Part shown: positions 7,934-18,753 of the stretch, piece by piece
Position numbering within the stretch: position 1 is the stretch's first letter
Layout: every line of letters begins with the position of its first letter
Source of the DNA: Bacillota bacterium
GTDB lineage: Bacteria; Bacillota; Clostridia; Christensenellales; UBA1242
NCBI GenBank assembly: GCA_009784665.1
Contig: WRBH01000001.1
Location: 7,267-71,266, forward strand
Reading direction: 5' to 3'
Length of the DNA: 64,000 nucleotides
The notes under the pieces: model-generated
The model's database searches: none
What the model was told of the DNA's origin: nothing
Seen by the model: only the letters and a program-made list of their open reading frames with translations
Translations under genes and position numbers: made by a program

Positions 7934-9996
7934 ACCCTTGCCGAGCCTATTACATAAAATGCTTCAGGCATGTTACGAAGTGCATTTTGTCGATATAGAT
8001 ATCTCATTTGAAACATTGCCCCTATTATAGTATTTGCGCGATCACGGAGGATTTTTGTTGTTAGATCACATGGAGGATCCCCCTCGACAGTACGCCACCG
8101 TGTTCCATTAAGTTCCATCCTGTCATAAAATGTACGGAAGTCGCGAGTCAGGAAGTGTCTGCCACTGGTCATGCATACTCCTGTATAGGTGCTGGTAACA
8201 AAGCCAACACCAAGAGACACAGTGGTTGGATCAAGTACAGATACCCCGAGTGTTAATCTGTTATATGTACGAATTCCAAACATGTGGGTAATGGTTGCGT
8301 AAATGTCAATGTTCGCCATAAACCTCTCGATTCGGCGTTCAGTTCGATCATTCGGATTTAAAATCATGAATGGCAGCCGCTCGCCCAAAACATTGTTCTC
8401 AGCATCCAAACCTGACAGCAATCCTCCTCCTGGATTTCGTGGATCGTTGTATGCGACCATATTAAAGTGGTCCCCATATAAAACAAGAACTGTTGTGTCA
8501 GCAAGCATGACAGTTCCACATGGATGACGAGCCAAATCTGGAGTATTTTCCAGGTGCTCCATCAAAATACCAATGCCAATGTCATAGTCATGCAATGCAA
8601 TCATGTATGACATTACCGCATGGCGAATCTCGGGAAGCCCCATCTTCGGGAAATCTTGAATTAAAATATTCTCGTGATCTTGAATCCATTGTGTGGCCTG
8701 TGCAAAATCAGGTAGTGTCATCACAACGGAACTGGTATGTGGAGCGTGTGGAGAAATGTTTAAAACATAGTTAAAAAATGTTCTGTTCGACGGGGCAATA
8801 TAATTAATCATCTCTCTGAACATTACGCTGTCACTGTTACGACTCATACTGTTATGGATTCTTATCCCTACATGCGTTGTGTCTTTTATCCAGTCGAATC
8901 CTTTGTATTGAGGTAAAAAAAACGAGCTGCGACCGTAAAAAGTTCGATGGAAATTATGAATCGCACCGATTTGGTCGTGACCAGCCCTGCGAAATATATG
9001 TGGCAGGGATTGCGGCGTTTTCACCCGTGGGAAATTCGACCACATCTCTAATCCTTGAACATGCGAGCCTACAAGGGACACATACTCGGTTATATTCGTC
9101 CGTTCATGCCCATAAAACCCATCAACCCATGTTGACATGCCTTGGATTCTGTATAAATTTGGAGTCAATACTGGATGAATAGCATCAAGTTCCACAGTCT
9201 CCATCATTAACATAATCATGTTATAATTCTCGTCTAATTGCCATTCGGGTGATAATTCCACCCAATCACTGTGAGAAAATTCTGTGGGCGGCAATTCTGT
9301 TGTAAATGTTGGATTGATTCCAGTAATGTGAAGCAAATTTCTAAAATAAAAGGCAAATGACCCGAATCTTCTTAGATAATTCTCACGATGACTGAATTGA
9401 TTTAACATGAATCGACTGTTATGTTCGTTATCTATCCAGTTTGCATAAACAGGTGGTAAAACCGAGTGATGTACGATCTTGCCACTTAGGGTAATCGTCA
9501 TAATTAAAATCACCACTACAAAACCCTTAAGGGTGTATCCTGCCCTTATATGTCTTAGTTTCCTCTTTACTATTATGCACGCGGCTATGAACGAGGCCCC
9601 AAGAGCAATAAGAAGCCCTAGCTCCAAAAATATCACTAACTGGGCACTTTCCATCGCAAACCAAATCTCTGTAAATGCCATAACATTTTCAAATTGGAAG
9701 ATTTCGCTGAGATTGCTGGTTGCCCCTATATTTGCCAAGGTCACACCCCCCTGAAGGAAAAGGGCGAATCCAAAAATAGAAATCTGTGCGGTGCGGTTAG
9801 GAATACAAGAAATTATAAGGGCAAATACCAACATTACCGCAAACGAGAAGAAAAAACCAGCTGGCATTCCCCACCCCGTCCGTGTAAACATAATAACTTC
9901 AAATAATATGCTAACAACCAACCATGCAGCAGGAATAAGCAGCTTCGCCATAACAACTTGTTTGCGAGTGATTTGTTTCTCCTCTTGCACTTCCAT
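7930..9996 (-). CDS. LTA synthase family / sulfatase-like membrane protein
   Basis: 688 aa with an N-terminal multi-TM region followed by an alkaline-phosphatase-superfamily domain (MLMMETVE..., VLVLYGDH). Confidence 0.75.
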   Translation of the reverse strand: MEVQEEKQITRKQVVMAKLLIPAAWLVVSILFEVIMFTRTGWGMPAGFFFSFAVMLVFALIISCIPNRTAQISIFGFALFLQGGVTLANIGATSNLSEIFQFENVMAFTEIWFAMESAQLVIFLELGLLIALGASFIAACIIVKRKLRHIRAGYTLKGFVVVILIMTITLSGKIVHHSVLPPVYANWIDNEHNSRFMLNQFSHRENYLRRFGSFAFYFRNLLHITGINPTFTTELPPTEFSHSDWVELSPEWQLDENYNMIMLMMETVELDAIHPVLTPNLYRIQGMSTWVDGFYGHERTNITEYVSLVGSHVQGLEMWSNFPRVKTPQSLPHIFRRAGHDQIGAIHNFHRTFYGRSSFFLPQYKGFDWIKDTTHVGIRIHNSMSRNSDSVMFREMINYIAPSNRTFFNYVLNISPHAPHTSSVVMTLPDFAQATQWIQDHENILIQDFPKMGLPEIRHAVMSYMIALHDYDIGIGILMEHLENTPDLARHPCGTVMLADTTVLVLYGDHFNMVAYNDPRNPGGGLLSGLDAENNVLGERLPFMILNPNDRTERRIERFMANIDIYATITHMFGIRTYNRLTLGVSVLDPTTVSLGVGFVTSTYTGVCMTSGRHFLTRDFRTFYDRMELNGTRWRTVEGDPPCDLTTKILRDRANTIIGAMFQMRYLYRQNALRNMPEAFYVIGSARV

Positions 9997-10018
9997 AGTT
10001 TATAATATACAATGAATT

Positions 10019-10693
10019 TTAATTTTTGCCAAATCTTCTATTGCGTTTTTGATACTCTGCTATACATTTGTCTATAAATTTTTCAGTTATAGCGGGCCAG
10101 TGTAGCTTTGGAAAATAAAATTCGGAATATGATAAATGCCACAACATAAAATTACTAATTCTTTGCTCGCCACTTGTCCTGACAACAAAATCAAGATCAG
10201 GCAAATCTCCGCCCCACAAGAGTTTGGCAAACCCTTCCTCGGACACGGGTTGAACCGCCAGATTTGCGGCCCGAACGATGTCTGCCCTGCCACCGTAATT
10301 AACGCAGAGGTTTAAAATGCAACGAGTATTATCTCTTGTTGCTTCTACTACATCGTTCAAAACATCCTGCATATCTTGCGGAAATTTGGTCAAATCGCCA
10401 CTGGTTACTACTTTGATTCCCTCGCGGATAAATTCATCTTTTGCCTCGTGCATGTTTTCGCGAACAATACGAAAAATCTCGTCGATTTCCGCCTGTTCCC
10501 TGTTCCAGTTTTCGGTAGAAAATGCAAAAATAGACACCACTTCAATGCCTCTGTTGGCACAATGTTTAACCGCCAACTTGACACGACGAAAACCCTCTTG
10601 ATGTCCGACAAATTTCGCAAGTCCTTTCATCTTCGCCCACCGACGATTGCCGTCCATGATGAATGCGATGTGTCTTGGGACTGGTTTTGTCAT
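10019..10693 (-). CDS. uppS: isoprenyl transferase (undecaprenyl diphosphate synthase)
   Basis: HIAFIMDGNRRWAK, FSTENWNR and RTSGEQRISNFMLWHLSYSEF motifs. Confidence 0.95.
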   Translation of the reverse strand: MTKPVPRHIAFIMDGNRRWAKMKGLAKFVGHQEGFRRVKLAVKHCANRGIEVVSIFAFSTENWNREQAEIDEIFRIVRENMHEAKDEFIREGIKVVTSGDLTKFPQDMQDVLNDVVEATRDNTRCILNLCVNYGGRADIVRAANLAVQPVSEEGFAKLLWGGDLPDLDFVVRTSGEQRISNFMLWHLSYSEFYFPKLHWPAITEKFIDKCIAEYQKRNRRFGKN

Positions 10694-11268
10694 TAAATCT
10701 CCAATATTTCTGATTCCTTGTTTGCCAATAATTTATCGAGGCTCTCTGTATATGTTCCAGTCAGTTTCTCGACATCTTTCTTGATTGTCTCGACCTCGTC
10801 CTCGGATATATTATCATCTTTACTTATACGCTTTAATCCATCCATTGTGTTCTTGCGCTCGTTTCGGATTGCAACTTTGCCCTCTTCAGCGATTTTTTTG
10901 ACTTGTTTTTTCAGCTCCTCACGGCGTTCTTTTGTCAGGATTGGGAATATCAAACGGATTACCCTTCCGTCATCAATTGGATTTGCCCCCAATTGTGCCA
11001 AGGTCAATGCTTTGCAAACTTCTCTAAGAATTGCCGTATCCCATAAATTTATGACAATTGTGCGGGAATCAGAGGCGGTTATGTTACCCAGGTTTCGGAT
11101 TGGTGTTGGTTCACCGAAATAGTCAACATTTATCCGTTCTACCAACCCAGTACTAACCCGCCCTGCCCTGACCATGCTGAATTCGGCTTTGACATGAGCG
11201 ACGGCTTTACCCAATCTCTCCTCGAAATTGAACAGTAGCTCGTTCACATTTTCATTAAGATAGTTCAC
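10693..11268 (-). CDS. frr: ribosome recycling factor
   Basis: 191 aa with MVRAGRVSTGLVERINVDYFG...LTKERREELKK, in the conserved frr-uppS order. Confidence 0.95.
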   Translation of the reverse strand: MNYLNENVNELLFNFEERLGKAVAHVKAEFSMVRAGRVSTGLVERINVDYFGEPTPIRNLGNITASDSRTIVINLWDTAILREVCKALTLAQLGANPIDDGRVIRLIFPILTKERREELKKQVKKIAEEGKVAIRNERKNTMDGLKRISKDDNISEDEVETIKKDVEKLTGTYTESLDKLLANKESEILEI

Positions 11269-11301
11269 AGCGAACCTCCTTGACCAATTCTATGTAAAAT
11301 T

Positions 11302-13032
11302 TCAAGTTTTGGCAAGCGATTTCATCCACACAAGCAATACATTTATATCCGCGGGATTAACACCACTTATTCGTGATGCCTGCCCTATACTAGTCGGGCG
11401 AATGGCATTTAACTTCATACGAGCCTCCAGCCGCAGTCCAGAAATCTTGGAGTAATCAATATCAGGCAGCAAGGAAACATTCTCTTGTGTCTTGACCTGT
11501 TCAATTCGGGCGAGTTCTTTTTGAATATAACCCTCGTATTTGATTTCAATGTGGATTTGTTCAGGAATCCCGTGTAGAATTTTTCCTTGCTTGATTTCTT
11601 GAATTTGATTGCGAGTTAGTGAATTTTTCAAGTTTTGAAGTTTTTTTTGCTTTTTTTGAAATATTTTCCATCGTTTTTCACAAACAAGCCCAGCCTCCCG
11701 TCCGATCGGCGTCATTCGAGTATCCGCATTATCTTGTCGGAGAAACAATCGATGCTCTGCCCTACCTGTCATCATTCGGTAGGGCTCGTTAGTTCCCTTG
11801 GTCACTAGGTCATCCACCAAAACACCAATGTAACTCTGGGTTCGAGACAGGGTCAGCGGTTTTCCTGATGCATTGATTCCCGCCAATAATCCTTGTGCGG
11901 CTGCTTCCTCGTAACCACTGGTCCCATTGATTTGACCAGCGAAATACAGTCCTTTGCATTTTTTTGATTCAAGCGTCGGAAGCAGTTGAGTAGGATCTAT
12001 GCAGTCATATTCAATGGCATAACCATCACGCATAATTTGGGCATTTTGCAAACCTGGGATAGTCTTTACATATGCCGCTTGAACATCGGTAGGCAGGGAT
12101 GTCGACAAGCCCTGCAGATACACCTCGGTCGTACCAAGTGCCTCAGGCTCAAGGAACACCTGATGCCTGTCCTTATCGGAAAACCGTACAACCTTGTCCT
12201 CGATAGATGGGCAATATCTTGCCCCCACCCCTCGCACCGTATCCTGGTACATTGGACTTCTAGCAAGATTATTGCGGATAACTTGATGCGTTTCATCGTT
12301 CGTCCAGGTTAGGTGGCAAACAATGAGATTTCTAATCTTTCTCTTGGTTAAAAATGAAAAAGCTTGTATATCATCCTCGCCGTGTTGAATTTCAGTTTCG
12401 CTGTAATCTATTGTACGGCCATTAACCCTTGGGGGGGTCCCCGTCTTGAATCGCCTTGTTGATATTCCCAATTTTTTAAAGCTACTGACCAGCTCTCCTG
12501 ACCTCTCCCATCCAGCAGGACCTGTGCTGTAGATGTTTTCGCCGATTAGGATTTGGCTGTTCAAATAAACACCTGTGGCGATAATGACTGAACTTGCAAA
12601 ATACTCCTCGTCGCTTTGCAATTTCACCCCCTCGATTCGCCCATCAGAAAAAATCAATTCTGTGACTTTGCCTTGCCTAATCGTGATGTTAAGCTCGTTT
12701 TCTAGAATTTCTTTGGCGGTTTGATGGTATTTTCGTTTGTCAACTTGTGCTCGAAGGCTCTGGACCGCCGCACCTTTACCCCTGTTCAACATACGAATTT
12801 GGATCGCAGTCTCGTCTGCGATTTGCCCCATTACCCCGCCTAAGGCGTCAATTTCCATAACTAGATGCGCCTTGGATGTCCCACCTATTGAAGGATTACA
12901 GGCAATATAAGAAATACTATCCAGGTTGAGAGTTAGAACAAGCACCCGCTTCCCAAGTCGTGCCCCGGCGACAGAGGCCTCGACCCCCGCGTGCCCCGCA
13001 CCAACAACGATGATGTCAAAGTCCCTTTTCAA
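11302..13032 (-). CDS. mnmG: tRNA uridine-5-carboxymethylaminomethyl(34) synthesis enzyme MnmG
   Basis: [19 protein letters not shown] motif and GidA-family sequence throughout. 576 aa. Confidence 0.93.
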   Translation of the reverse strand: MKRDFDIIVVGAGHAGVEASVAGARLGKRVLVLTLNLDSISYIACNPSIGGTSKAHLVMEIDALGGVMGQIADETAIQIRMLNRGKGAAVQSLRAQVDKRKYHQTAKEILENELNITIRQGKVTELIFSDGRIEGVKLQSDEEYFASSVIIATGVYLNSQILIGENIYSTGPAGWERSGELVSSFKKLGISTRRFKTGTPPRVNGRTIDYSETEIQHGEDDIQAFSFLTKRKIRNLIVCHLTWTNDETHQVIRNNLARSPMYQDTVRGVGARYCPSIEDKVVRFSDKDRHQVFLEPEALGTTEVYLQGLSTSLPTDVQAAYVKTIPGLQNAQIMRDGYAIEYDCIDPTQLLPTLESKKCKGLYFAGQINGTSGYEEAAAQGLLAGINASGKPLTLSRTQSYIGVLVDDLVTKGTNEPYRMMTGRAEHRLFLRQDNADTRMTPIGREAGLVCEKRWKIFQKKQKKLQNLKNSLTRNQIQEIKQGKILHGIPEQIHIEIKYEGYIQKELARIEQVKTQENVSLLPDIDYSKISGLRLEARMKLNAIRPTSIGQASRISGVNPADINVLLVWMKSLAKT

Positions 13033-13366
13033 TCTCGACCTCCCCTACATGAAATGTTTCCTTTATGGAAGGCGTGCGTACATATACCTCGAGGCCTCTG
13101 TAAGGAGTCAGCTTCAATAGATCAGCCGAAACCTGCTCCGCAAGCTTGACCAAGTCATATTCAACATCCAACTTAGACAAAAAGTGACTGACTCCATCAA
13201 ATATAAAGCCTCTTACAACCACCCCCTCTAACCTGTTTTGTTTGGTCAAGCTATCATGGCTGGTCACCTTATTATCTTTGTCAAAGAAAACGCTCTTCCC
13301 ATCGTCCGAGATTACCCAGATACATTTATCTTGAGCCCTGATATTTTTTACTCCGATATATTCCAT
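13016..13366 (-). CDS. hypothetical protein (116 aa)
   Basis: Intact ORF with an extended -10 TGaTATAAT 6 nt upstream of the ATG. Overlaps the mnmG start by 17 nt. Confidence 0.5.
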   Translation of the reverse strand: MEYIGVKNIRAQDKCIWVISDDGKSVFFDKDNKVTSHDSLTKQNRLEGVVVRGFIFDGVSHFLSKLDVEYDLVKLAEQVSADLLKLTPYRGLEVYVRTPSIKETFHVGEVEIEKGL

Positions 13367-13427
13367 CGGGCTATTATATCACGATATTGACAAAAGCACC
13401 AAAATTTGATGTGGAAAAATCGCTAAA

Positions 13428-14780
13428 CTACGCACACCGACTCGCACAGCCCCGACATGAACCGCGACATCCCACTTTCAAATTGGTGGTTGCAGGACCG
13501 TTGATTAATTGACCTTTCTTGTCAAACCGGGACCCGTGGCATGGGCAATCCCATGTTTTCGTATCACGATTCCATTTCATACGACACCCCATATGTGAAC
13601 ATGCAGGCCCAGGGACAATTTTATTCAAGAACGCCAATAACACATTTCCCACATGCCCCGACGCCTTAACGGAATTCACAACCAAATCCATTCTTTGAGG
13701 CGAATAGATACTGTCATCATCTGCCTTGCCCAGAATGATATCGGTTACTATCTTTGCCGTGACAAAGGAACTGGTCATTCCCCATTTGTTAAACCCGCTG
13801 ACTACAAAAACATTATCAGTGAAATGAGAATATCGGCCAGCGTACGGCAGCCTATCCAAAGTTATACAATCTTGAGCAACAAATCGTGCCACCTCTTTTC
13901 GCTTTCCAAAGTGTTTACTTAGATGCCTCTCCATTATTCCGAATTTGTCTTTTTTAGATTTCTTGCCCACCCTGACCGAGACTCCATCCATTAAAATATC
14001 ATCGCCAACGCGTCTGTATTCGAATCCCGTTTCGTCGATACTCTCGTAACTTATCCCCTTGCAAAACTCTGTTTTGTCTTTAAACGCAATACAGTAATTT
14101 TGCCCCTGGTACATCTTCAGCCAATAAAACCCCAACTTGTTAATATATGGAAAGTGTGTTGCCACAATAAAATACTTTGCAGTGATTGTTTTATCATTGA
14201 CACTCAGCGTCTCTCCATCAGGGGCTTCAATTACACGAGCGTCTTCGAATATTTGTCCGCCTCCCTTTATAATTTCATCCGCCAAGAAATTTATTAAATC
14301 CAGAGGATTAAATTGAAATGCATCAAATTCTAAAGCTCCTCTGATGGGATACGGCAAATCAACTTCTGTAGTCATTTCTAAATCAAGGCCTAGGCTTTTA
14401 TAAGCTTTCACTTCTTTTCTTAAATTTTTTAGACCTTTTTTCTTTGTAGAAAATAAAGTGAATTTTATCGGCTCTAAATTAGGATAAATCTTTCTAATTG
14501 ATTTGATCGCATTCTGGGCATCCTTTAGATATTGTTCACCCTTATCGCCTAGATCCTTGTAAATCAAGTCATGGGCATAGGTCAAAATCGCACTAGAACC
14601 CGCCGTCACACCACTGCCAACAAACTTGGCCTCCAACACACACACTTTCTTGCCGGCCTTTACCAAGTGGTATGCACACCAAAGGCCCGCAACGCCCCCC
14701 CCGATTATGGCGACATCGCATTCGACATCGCCGCTTAACTCACCAAACTCGCGACCCTTTGTTTTCCAAATCGAAGACAT
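13428..14780 (-). CDS. FAD-dependent oxidoreductase with C-terminal Rieske [2Fe-2S] domain
   Basis: N-terminal DVAIIGGGVAGLW dinucleotide-binding motif. C-terminal CSHMGC...CPCHGSRF Rieske motif. Confidence 0.85.
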   Translation of the reverse strand: MSSIWKTKGREFGELSGDVECDVAIIGGGVAGLWCAYHLVKAGKKVCVLEAKFVGSGVTAGSSAILTYAHDLIYKDLGDKGEQYLKDAQNAIKSIRKIYPNLEPIKFTLFSTKKKGLKNLRKEVKAYKSLGLDLEMTTEVDLPYPIRGALEFDAFQFNPLDLINFLADEIIKGGGQIFEDARVIEAPDGETLSVNDKTITAKYFIVATHFPYINKLGFYWLKMYQGQNYCIAFKDKTEFCKGISYESIDETGFEYRRVGDDILMDGVSVRVGKKSKKDKFGIMERHLSKHFGKRKEVARFVAQDCITLDRLPYAGRYSHFTDNVFVVSGFNKWGMTSSFVTAKIVTDIILGKADDDSIYSPQRMDLVVNSVKASGHVGNVLLAFLNKIVPGPACSHMGCRMKWNRDTKTWDCPCHGSRFDKKGQLINGPATTNLKVGCRGSCRGCASRCA

Positions 14781-14877
14781 CTGTTAATTATTGACAAGTT
14801 CGACCTCTTCTGACTTGGCCCTTTTCAGAATAAATTGCATGGTTTATAGGGCCATATCTGTGCTACACTATTCAAGT

Positions 14878-16821
14878 ATGAAAAAACTTATGGGGCTGTT
14901 TATTGTATTAACTTTTGCCATAACTGGCGTGATGTTTCTGGTGCCAACGGACAGTGGCGATGTCCATGCGGGTTGGACAGTTGATGAAATCAGGTATTTG
15001 ATGCGAGAGCATCAACTTGATGGTGGTGTGATCACAACCGAAGTAGAAATCGAAACTCAAGAAACCTCCAGTATTGTGCCTCTTGGCTCGCGCGATTTTA
15101 ATATCGAAAGGATAATCTACAGCGGCAAATCAGACGAAGACAGTATCGTTGTCGTCCTGATGGGGGACGGATTTACGGCAGGGCAACAAGGTGATTTCAT
15201 GAATCATGCTATTGGCGTTGCACAATTCATGATTGGGTTTTATCCATTTAATTTATTTGAAGACCTGTTCACCGTCTATGCAATTCAAGTAATCTCGAAC
15301 GAATCAGGGGTCAGTCGTCGAATCAGTGGCTTTCCCGAAATTATCGTTGATAATTATTTCGGCAGCTATCGCCCCCATTCTACTGGATTAAACTATCCTC
15401 ACGGCCTGATGGTAAATAGGGTGCGTCAACTGGCGGGACAGGCCGCTGGCGGAATTGCGAATGTCAATATGATCCAAATAATTGCTAACACAACATATTT
15501 TGGTGGAGTCGCATGGACAGCACATCATATGTACAATCCTGTCTTAGGGGTCTCCTTAACTACGGTGCATAATATTGGTGGTGGAGCATGGATTACTAAC
15601 TATTTCCCATACAGGTGGTATGGGACATTCATTCACGAGTTCGGGCATTCGTTCGGATCTCTTGCCGACGAACATAATCAGGCAAACACAGGCGAGAGGC
15701 CAAATATGACCCACGGCAGCAACGCGGGGCCAAATATGCGATGGAACCACTGGCTGGGTCATGGGCACATGCGTTTCAATAATATCGACAGAGGACCAAT
15801 CAGGTTCAATGTATTCGACAGCGGAAACGCAACCGGATGGGCGGTCCCCCATACAAATTGCATCATGTCAACATCTGGAAATGTTATGTTCAATGCCGTA
15901 AACTCTGCTGAGCTTGTCCGTCGTATGGCACAACACCAAGCAGGTGAAACATTCATGCCACGCGGCTCGACAGAGCGAACGGTCGCCTTCCCTGCCGATG
16001 CGACACGAATTTTGAATTATGCCTTTAATGGAAATACCGCACTTGAAACAGTCATGATTCATGCGTTTATTGAGACAATTGGGCGATACGCATTCCTGGG
16101 CACAACTGGTTTGCGAACAATTGAAAATCGCCGCTCGATTCCCCAACAAATTGACGCAACAGTTTTTGCTGGAATCGACAAGTCCCAAGTTGTCCTGTAT
16201 GTCCCGATCGGCACAGCTAAGGCCTACATTGATGCAGGATGGAACTTTCCTAACATTTTCGAAAGGGAAGACTTCCTGACCCCACTTGGAATCACGGGAA
16301 CCATTACAGCGATTGACCGAGCATATGACGGCACCACCAGAGTTGAATTGGCAGGAGGCGAAATTTCTGGTGTCCACTATGGTCATAATGTTACAATCTC
16401 GCATGGAATGATGATGAATTCCCATGTAGGCGAGGGCAAAACCGTTACGATCGTATTTGGTGGAACGCATGGACACCTTTATTTCACAACCCTTACATTA
16501 ACGGTTGATATCACGCGAGCCTATCGTACGATATATACCCTGCCGCAAAATATCTCTACCAGAGCCCAAGACCTATCCGATATAACCTTGCCTACTGGCT
16601 GGCGTTGGGTCAACCCAAACCTCGAGTTGCAAATCGGCACACACGAGGTTGATATATACATGCCTGGGGGGACAAATCACTATAACCTGTACGCTACTGT
16701 AACCGTAACGATACGACAGGCCTCTGATCCAACAATTGCGTTCATTGTTTTGGGCGTATTCGCCGTTGCAGCGGTCGCCGCCGCCATTGTCGCAGCAACC
16801 ACCGCCAAGAAAAAAGTATAA
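14878..16821 (+). CDS. M64-like (IgA-peptidase family) zinc metalloprotease with BspA-type leucine-rich repeats and C-terminal membrane anchor
   Basis: The start is moved to MKKLMGLFIVLTF, a signal/anchor sequence. VVVLMGDGFTAGQQ and HEFGHSFGSLADEH (HExxH) motifs, then LRR-like ILNYAFNGNTALETV.../IGRYAFLGTTGLRTI, then a C-terminal hydrophobic tail plus KKKV. Confidence 0.7.
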   Translation: MKKLMGLFIVLTFAITGVMFLVPTDSGDVHAGWTVDEIRYLMREHQLDGGVITTEVEIETQETSSIVPLGSRDFNIERIIYSGKSDEDSIVVVLMGDGFTAGQQGDFMNHAIGVAQFMIGFYPFNLFEDLFTVYAIQVISNESGVSRRISGFPEIIVDNYFGSYRPHSTGLNYPHGLMVNRVRQLAGQAAGGIANVNMIQIIANTTYFGGVAWTAHHMYNPVLGVSLTTVHNIGGGAWITNYFPYRWYGTFIHEFGHSFGSLADEHNQANTGERPNMTHGSNAGPNMRWNHWLGHGHMRFNNIDRGPIRFNVFDSGNATGWAVPHTNCIMSTSGNVMFNAVNSAELVRRMAQHQAGETFMPRGSTERTVAFPADATRILNYAFNGNTALETVMIHAFIETIGRYAFLGTTGLRTIENRRSIPQQIDATVFAGIDKSQVVLYVPIGTAKAYIDAGWNFPNIFEREDFLTPLGITGTITAIDRAYDGTTRVELAGGEISGVHYGHNVTISHGMMMNSHVGEGKTVTIVFGGTHGHLYFTTLTLTVDITRAYRTIYTLPQNISTRAQDLSDITLPTGWRWVNPNLELQIGTHEVDIYMPGGTNHYNLYATVTVTIRQASDPTIAFIVLGVFAVAAVAAAIVAATTAKKKV

Positions 16822-16889
16822 ACTACTTCACTTATACAATCCATTGTAGTATAATTATTAATGTTGAATATGGCATAAGGAGGCCGTCT

Positions 16890-17525
16890 ATGGCAGAAAG
16901 ATTAAATGTTAACCCAACAAGAATGGAGTTGCAAAGGCAAAAAGCCCGTCTGCGTACCGCGGCAAGAGGCTGGAAACTCTTAAAAGATAAATCCGACGAA
17001 ATGATTCGTACCTTTATGGAATTAGCAAAAGAAAACAAGAGACTGCGTGAAAGCCTAGATGGCGAAGTTGTGTCTGCTTTGCAATTATTTTTAACAGCAA
17101 GCACACAGATGAGCAAAAAAGAACTTGAATCCGCGATATCTGCAACGGCCGCCAGCCGCATTTTATCATTAGAGGCCGGGACAACATCTATTATGGGTCT
17201 TCCTGTTCCGAAGCTGGAGGTCACTCGTGACGGAGGCGGCGATATAACTCTTATCAAAACTACATCCAGTTTTGACAAGTCTATCAATACGATTGCCCGC
17301 TTGTTGCGAGAATTAATGCATCTTGCGGAAATCGAGAAGTCCTGTGACATGTTGGCGTCTGAAATCATCCGGCTTCGTCGCCGAATCAACGCACTCGAAT
17401 TTATTTTGATGCCGCAAATTCGGGCGACTATCCGGTTCATCAATATGAAACTAGCCGAGAACGAGCGCTCGCAACTGGTCCGCGTCATGAAGGTCAAAGA
17501 ACAACAGGTAAAGAAGGTATCTTGA
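16890..17525 (+). CDS. ntpD: V-type ATP synthase subunit D (orphan; no other V-ATPase genes in window)
   Basis: MAERLNVNPTRMELQRQKARL..RGWKLLKDKSDEMI ... RRRINALEFILMPQI...MKLAENERSQLVRVMKVK closely follows the NtpD/AtpD family pattern. It has its own TATAAT and an AAGGAGG SD. Confidence 0.88.
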   Translation: MAERLNVNPTRMELQRQKARLRTAARGWKLLKDKSDEMIRTFMELAKENKRLRESLDGEVVSALQLFLTASTQMSKKELESAISATAASRILSLEAGTTSIMGLPVPKLEVTRDGGGDITLIKTTSSFDKSINTIARLLRELMHLAEIEKSCDMLASEIIRLRRRINALEFILMPQIRATIRFINMKLAENERSQLVRVMKVKEQQVKKVS

Positions 17526-17550
17526 CAAAGTTCCCATTTTGCGATATAAT
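17522..17550 (+). promoter_or_regulatory. leaderless promoter overlapping the ntpD stop codon
   Basis: TTGACA (17522-17527, which contains the ntpD TGA), 17 nt, TATAAT (17545-17550), 6 nt, ATG 17557. Confidence 0.65.
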
Positions 17551-17556
17551 ATTTAC

Positions 17557-18753
17557 ATGAGCAGAAAAAGAAACCAGAACTTGTTTGAAAGAAACACAAC
17601 TGTGCGTAGGTTGTCCCACCTTGCCTTGGCAGCGGTCTTTTTGAAGAGCGGAAGCTTTGCTGTGGGCGAGATTATGCAAGCAGTCGAAAACAGGCCCGCG
17701 GTGGTCGCACATCGTGAAATGGTTAACGAAGCAACCGATGCGTTTGATAATTCTGTGTTTGATTTCGTAAACCATATGTCGCAAGAGCAATTCGACCAAT
17801 TTACGCATGCCCTTGCTATGGCGAACAGCATGGCCCCTGAGGACTTTATAGCCGCCCGACATGAACCTTGGTTGGATTCCGTCATGATGTCCGACCAAAT
17901 GGTTATTCGCCGGGCAACAGGCTCTATGGTTACCAGTGGACAAAATCCCACCACAAGAAGTACTAATCTTTTAAGATTTATGGACGGTGACCTGAATCGC
18001 ATAGGAGCAAATAACAGAACCAGTACAATTGAGGGGTTTACATCCGCCGTTGGCGATATTATTAATGGAGCGACAATCGGAGAACCAGAAACAGATATGA
18101 TGGGCTTCATAAGTGACCGAATGGGTGACTTGCAACATGCTAATGCACAATCACCTGATGTTGAGCGACATGCGCGTGGGTGGGCGACGGCAGGAACAAT
18201 CGGTCTGGCCTTGGGAACAATTATTCCTAGCGTGAAACTTACGAAAATTTCGATTGTAGAAGGCAAAAATCGGAAAGAACGAAGAGCCAAGGAAAGAGAG
18301 GTCAAAAAAGAAGCACGAGCATTAAAAACCAAGGAAGAAAAAGCCGCAAAGGCATTGTTAGTCAAACAAGCAGCCGACGCCGCGGCAAAAGAAGAAGCCA
18401 AAAAGTTAGACGAAAGACGCAAAAAAGAGATGAAAGATATAACAGGCTCCTTCGCAACATTCGCCCAAACAGGTGACCCGGCCCACAGAGAAAATTTGGA
18501 AGCCTTGGCAAAAAAGATGCTGGAAACCGATGGAGACGACTACGGATTAATGAATCTCCTTAAAGAGCAAGACAGAAAAAGGTTAGATGCCAAGAGGGCA
18601 TCGATCAGTACAGATAATAAGCTTAATGTTGATGTCATGCGAAACATAGCTCAGGGCATTGTTCATGTCCCAGAAATTACTGGCGTTGCCGGCAGAGACC
18701 TTGGCAGCGAGACACAAGAGAACTGGCAAGGGGATAAAGAAAAAGAGGATTAG
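17557..18753 (+). CDS. hypothetical protein with central hydrophobic segment and Lys/Glu-rich coiled-coil region
   Basis: 398 aa from the leaderless ATG. Contains WATAGTIGLALGTIIPSV and then KNRKERRAKEREVKKEARALKTKEEKAAK. I recognise no family. Confidence 0.6.
   Translation: MSRKRNQNLFERNTTVRRLSHLALAAVFLKSGSFAVGEIMQAVENRPAVVAHREMVNEATDAFDNSVFDFVNHMSQEQFDQFTHALAMANSMAPEDFIAARHEPWLDSVMMSDQMVIRRATGSMVTSGQNPTTRSTNLLRFMDGDLNRIGANNRTSTIEGFTSAVGDIINGATIGEPETDMMGFISDRMGDLQHANAQSPDVERHARGWATAGTIGLALGTIIPSVKLTKISIVEGKNRKERRAKEREVKKEARALKTKEEKAAKALLVKQAADAAAKEEAKKLDERRKKEMKDITGSFATFAQTGDPAHRENLEALAKKMLETDGDDYGLMNLLKEQDRKRLDAKRASISTDNKLNVDVMRNIAQGIVHVPEITGVAGRDLGSETQENWQGDKEKED

Noticed and set aside
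16832-18422. Long antisense ORFs 16832-17599 and 17553-18422. The same conclusion applies to 956-1339, 3498-4037, 15868-16476, 40657-41115, 44561-44989, 45964-46455 and 62689-63123.
   Set aside because: Each lies fully inside a confidently identified gene on the opposite strand, lacks an SD or promoter, and has an atypical Ser/Cys/Arg-rich composition.
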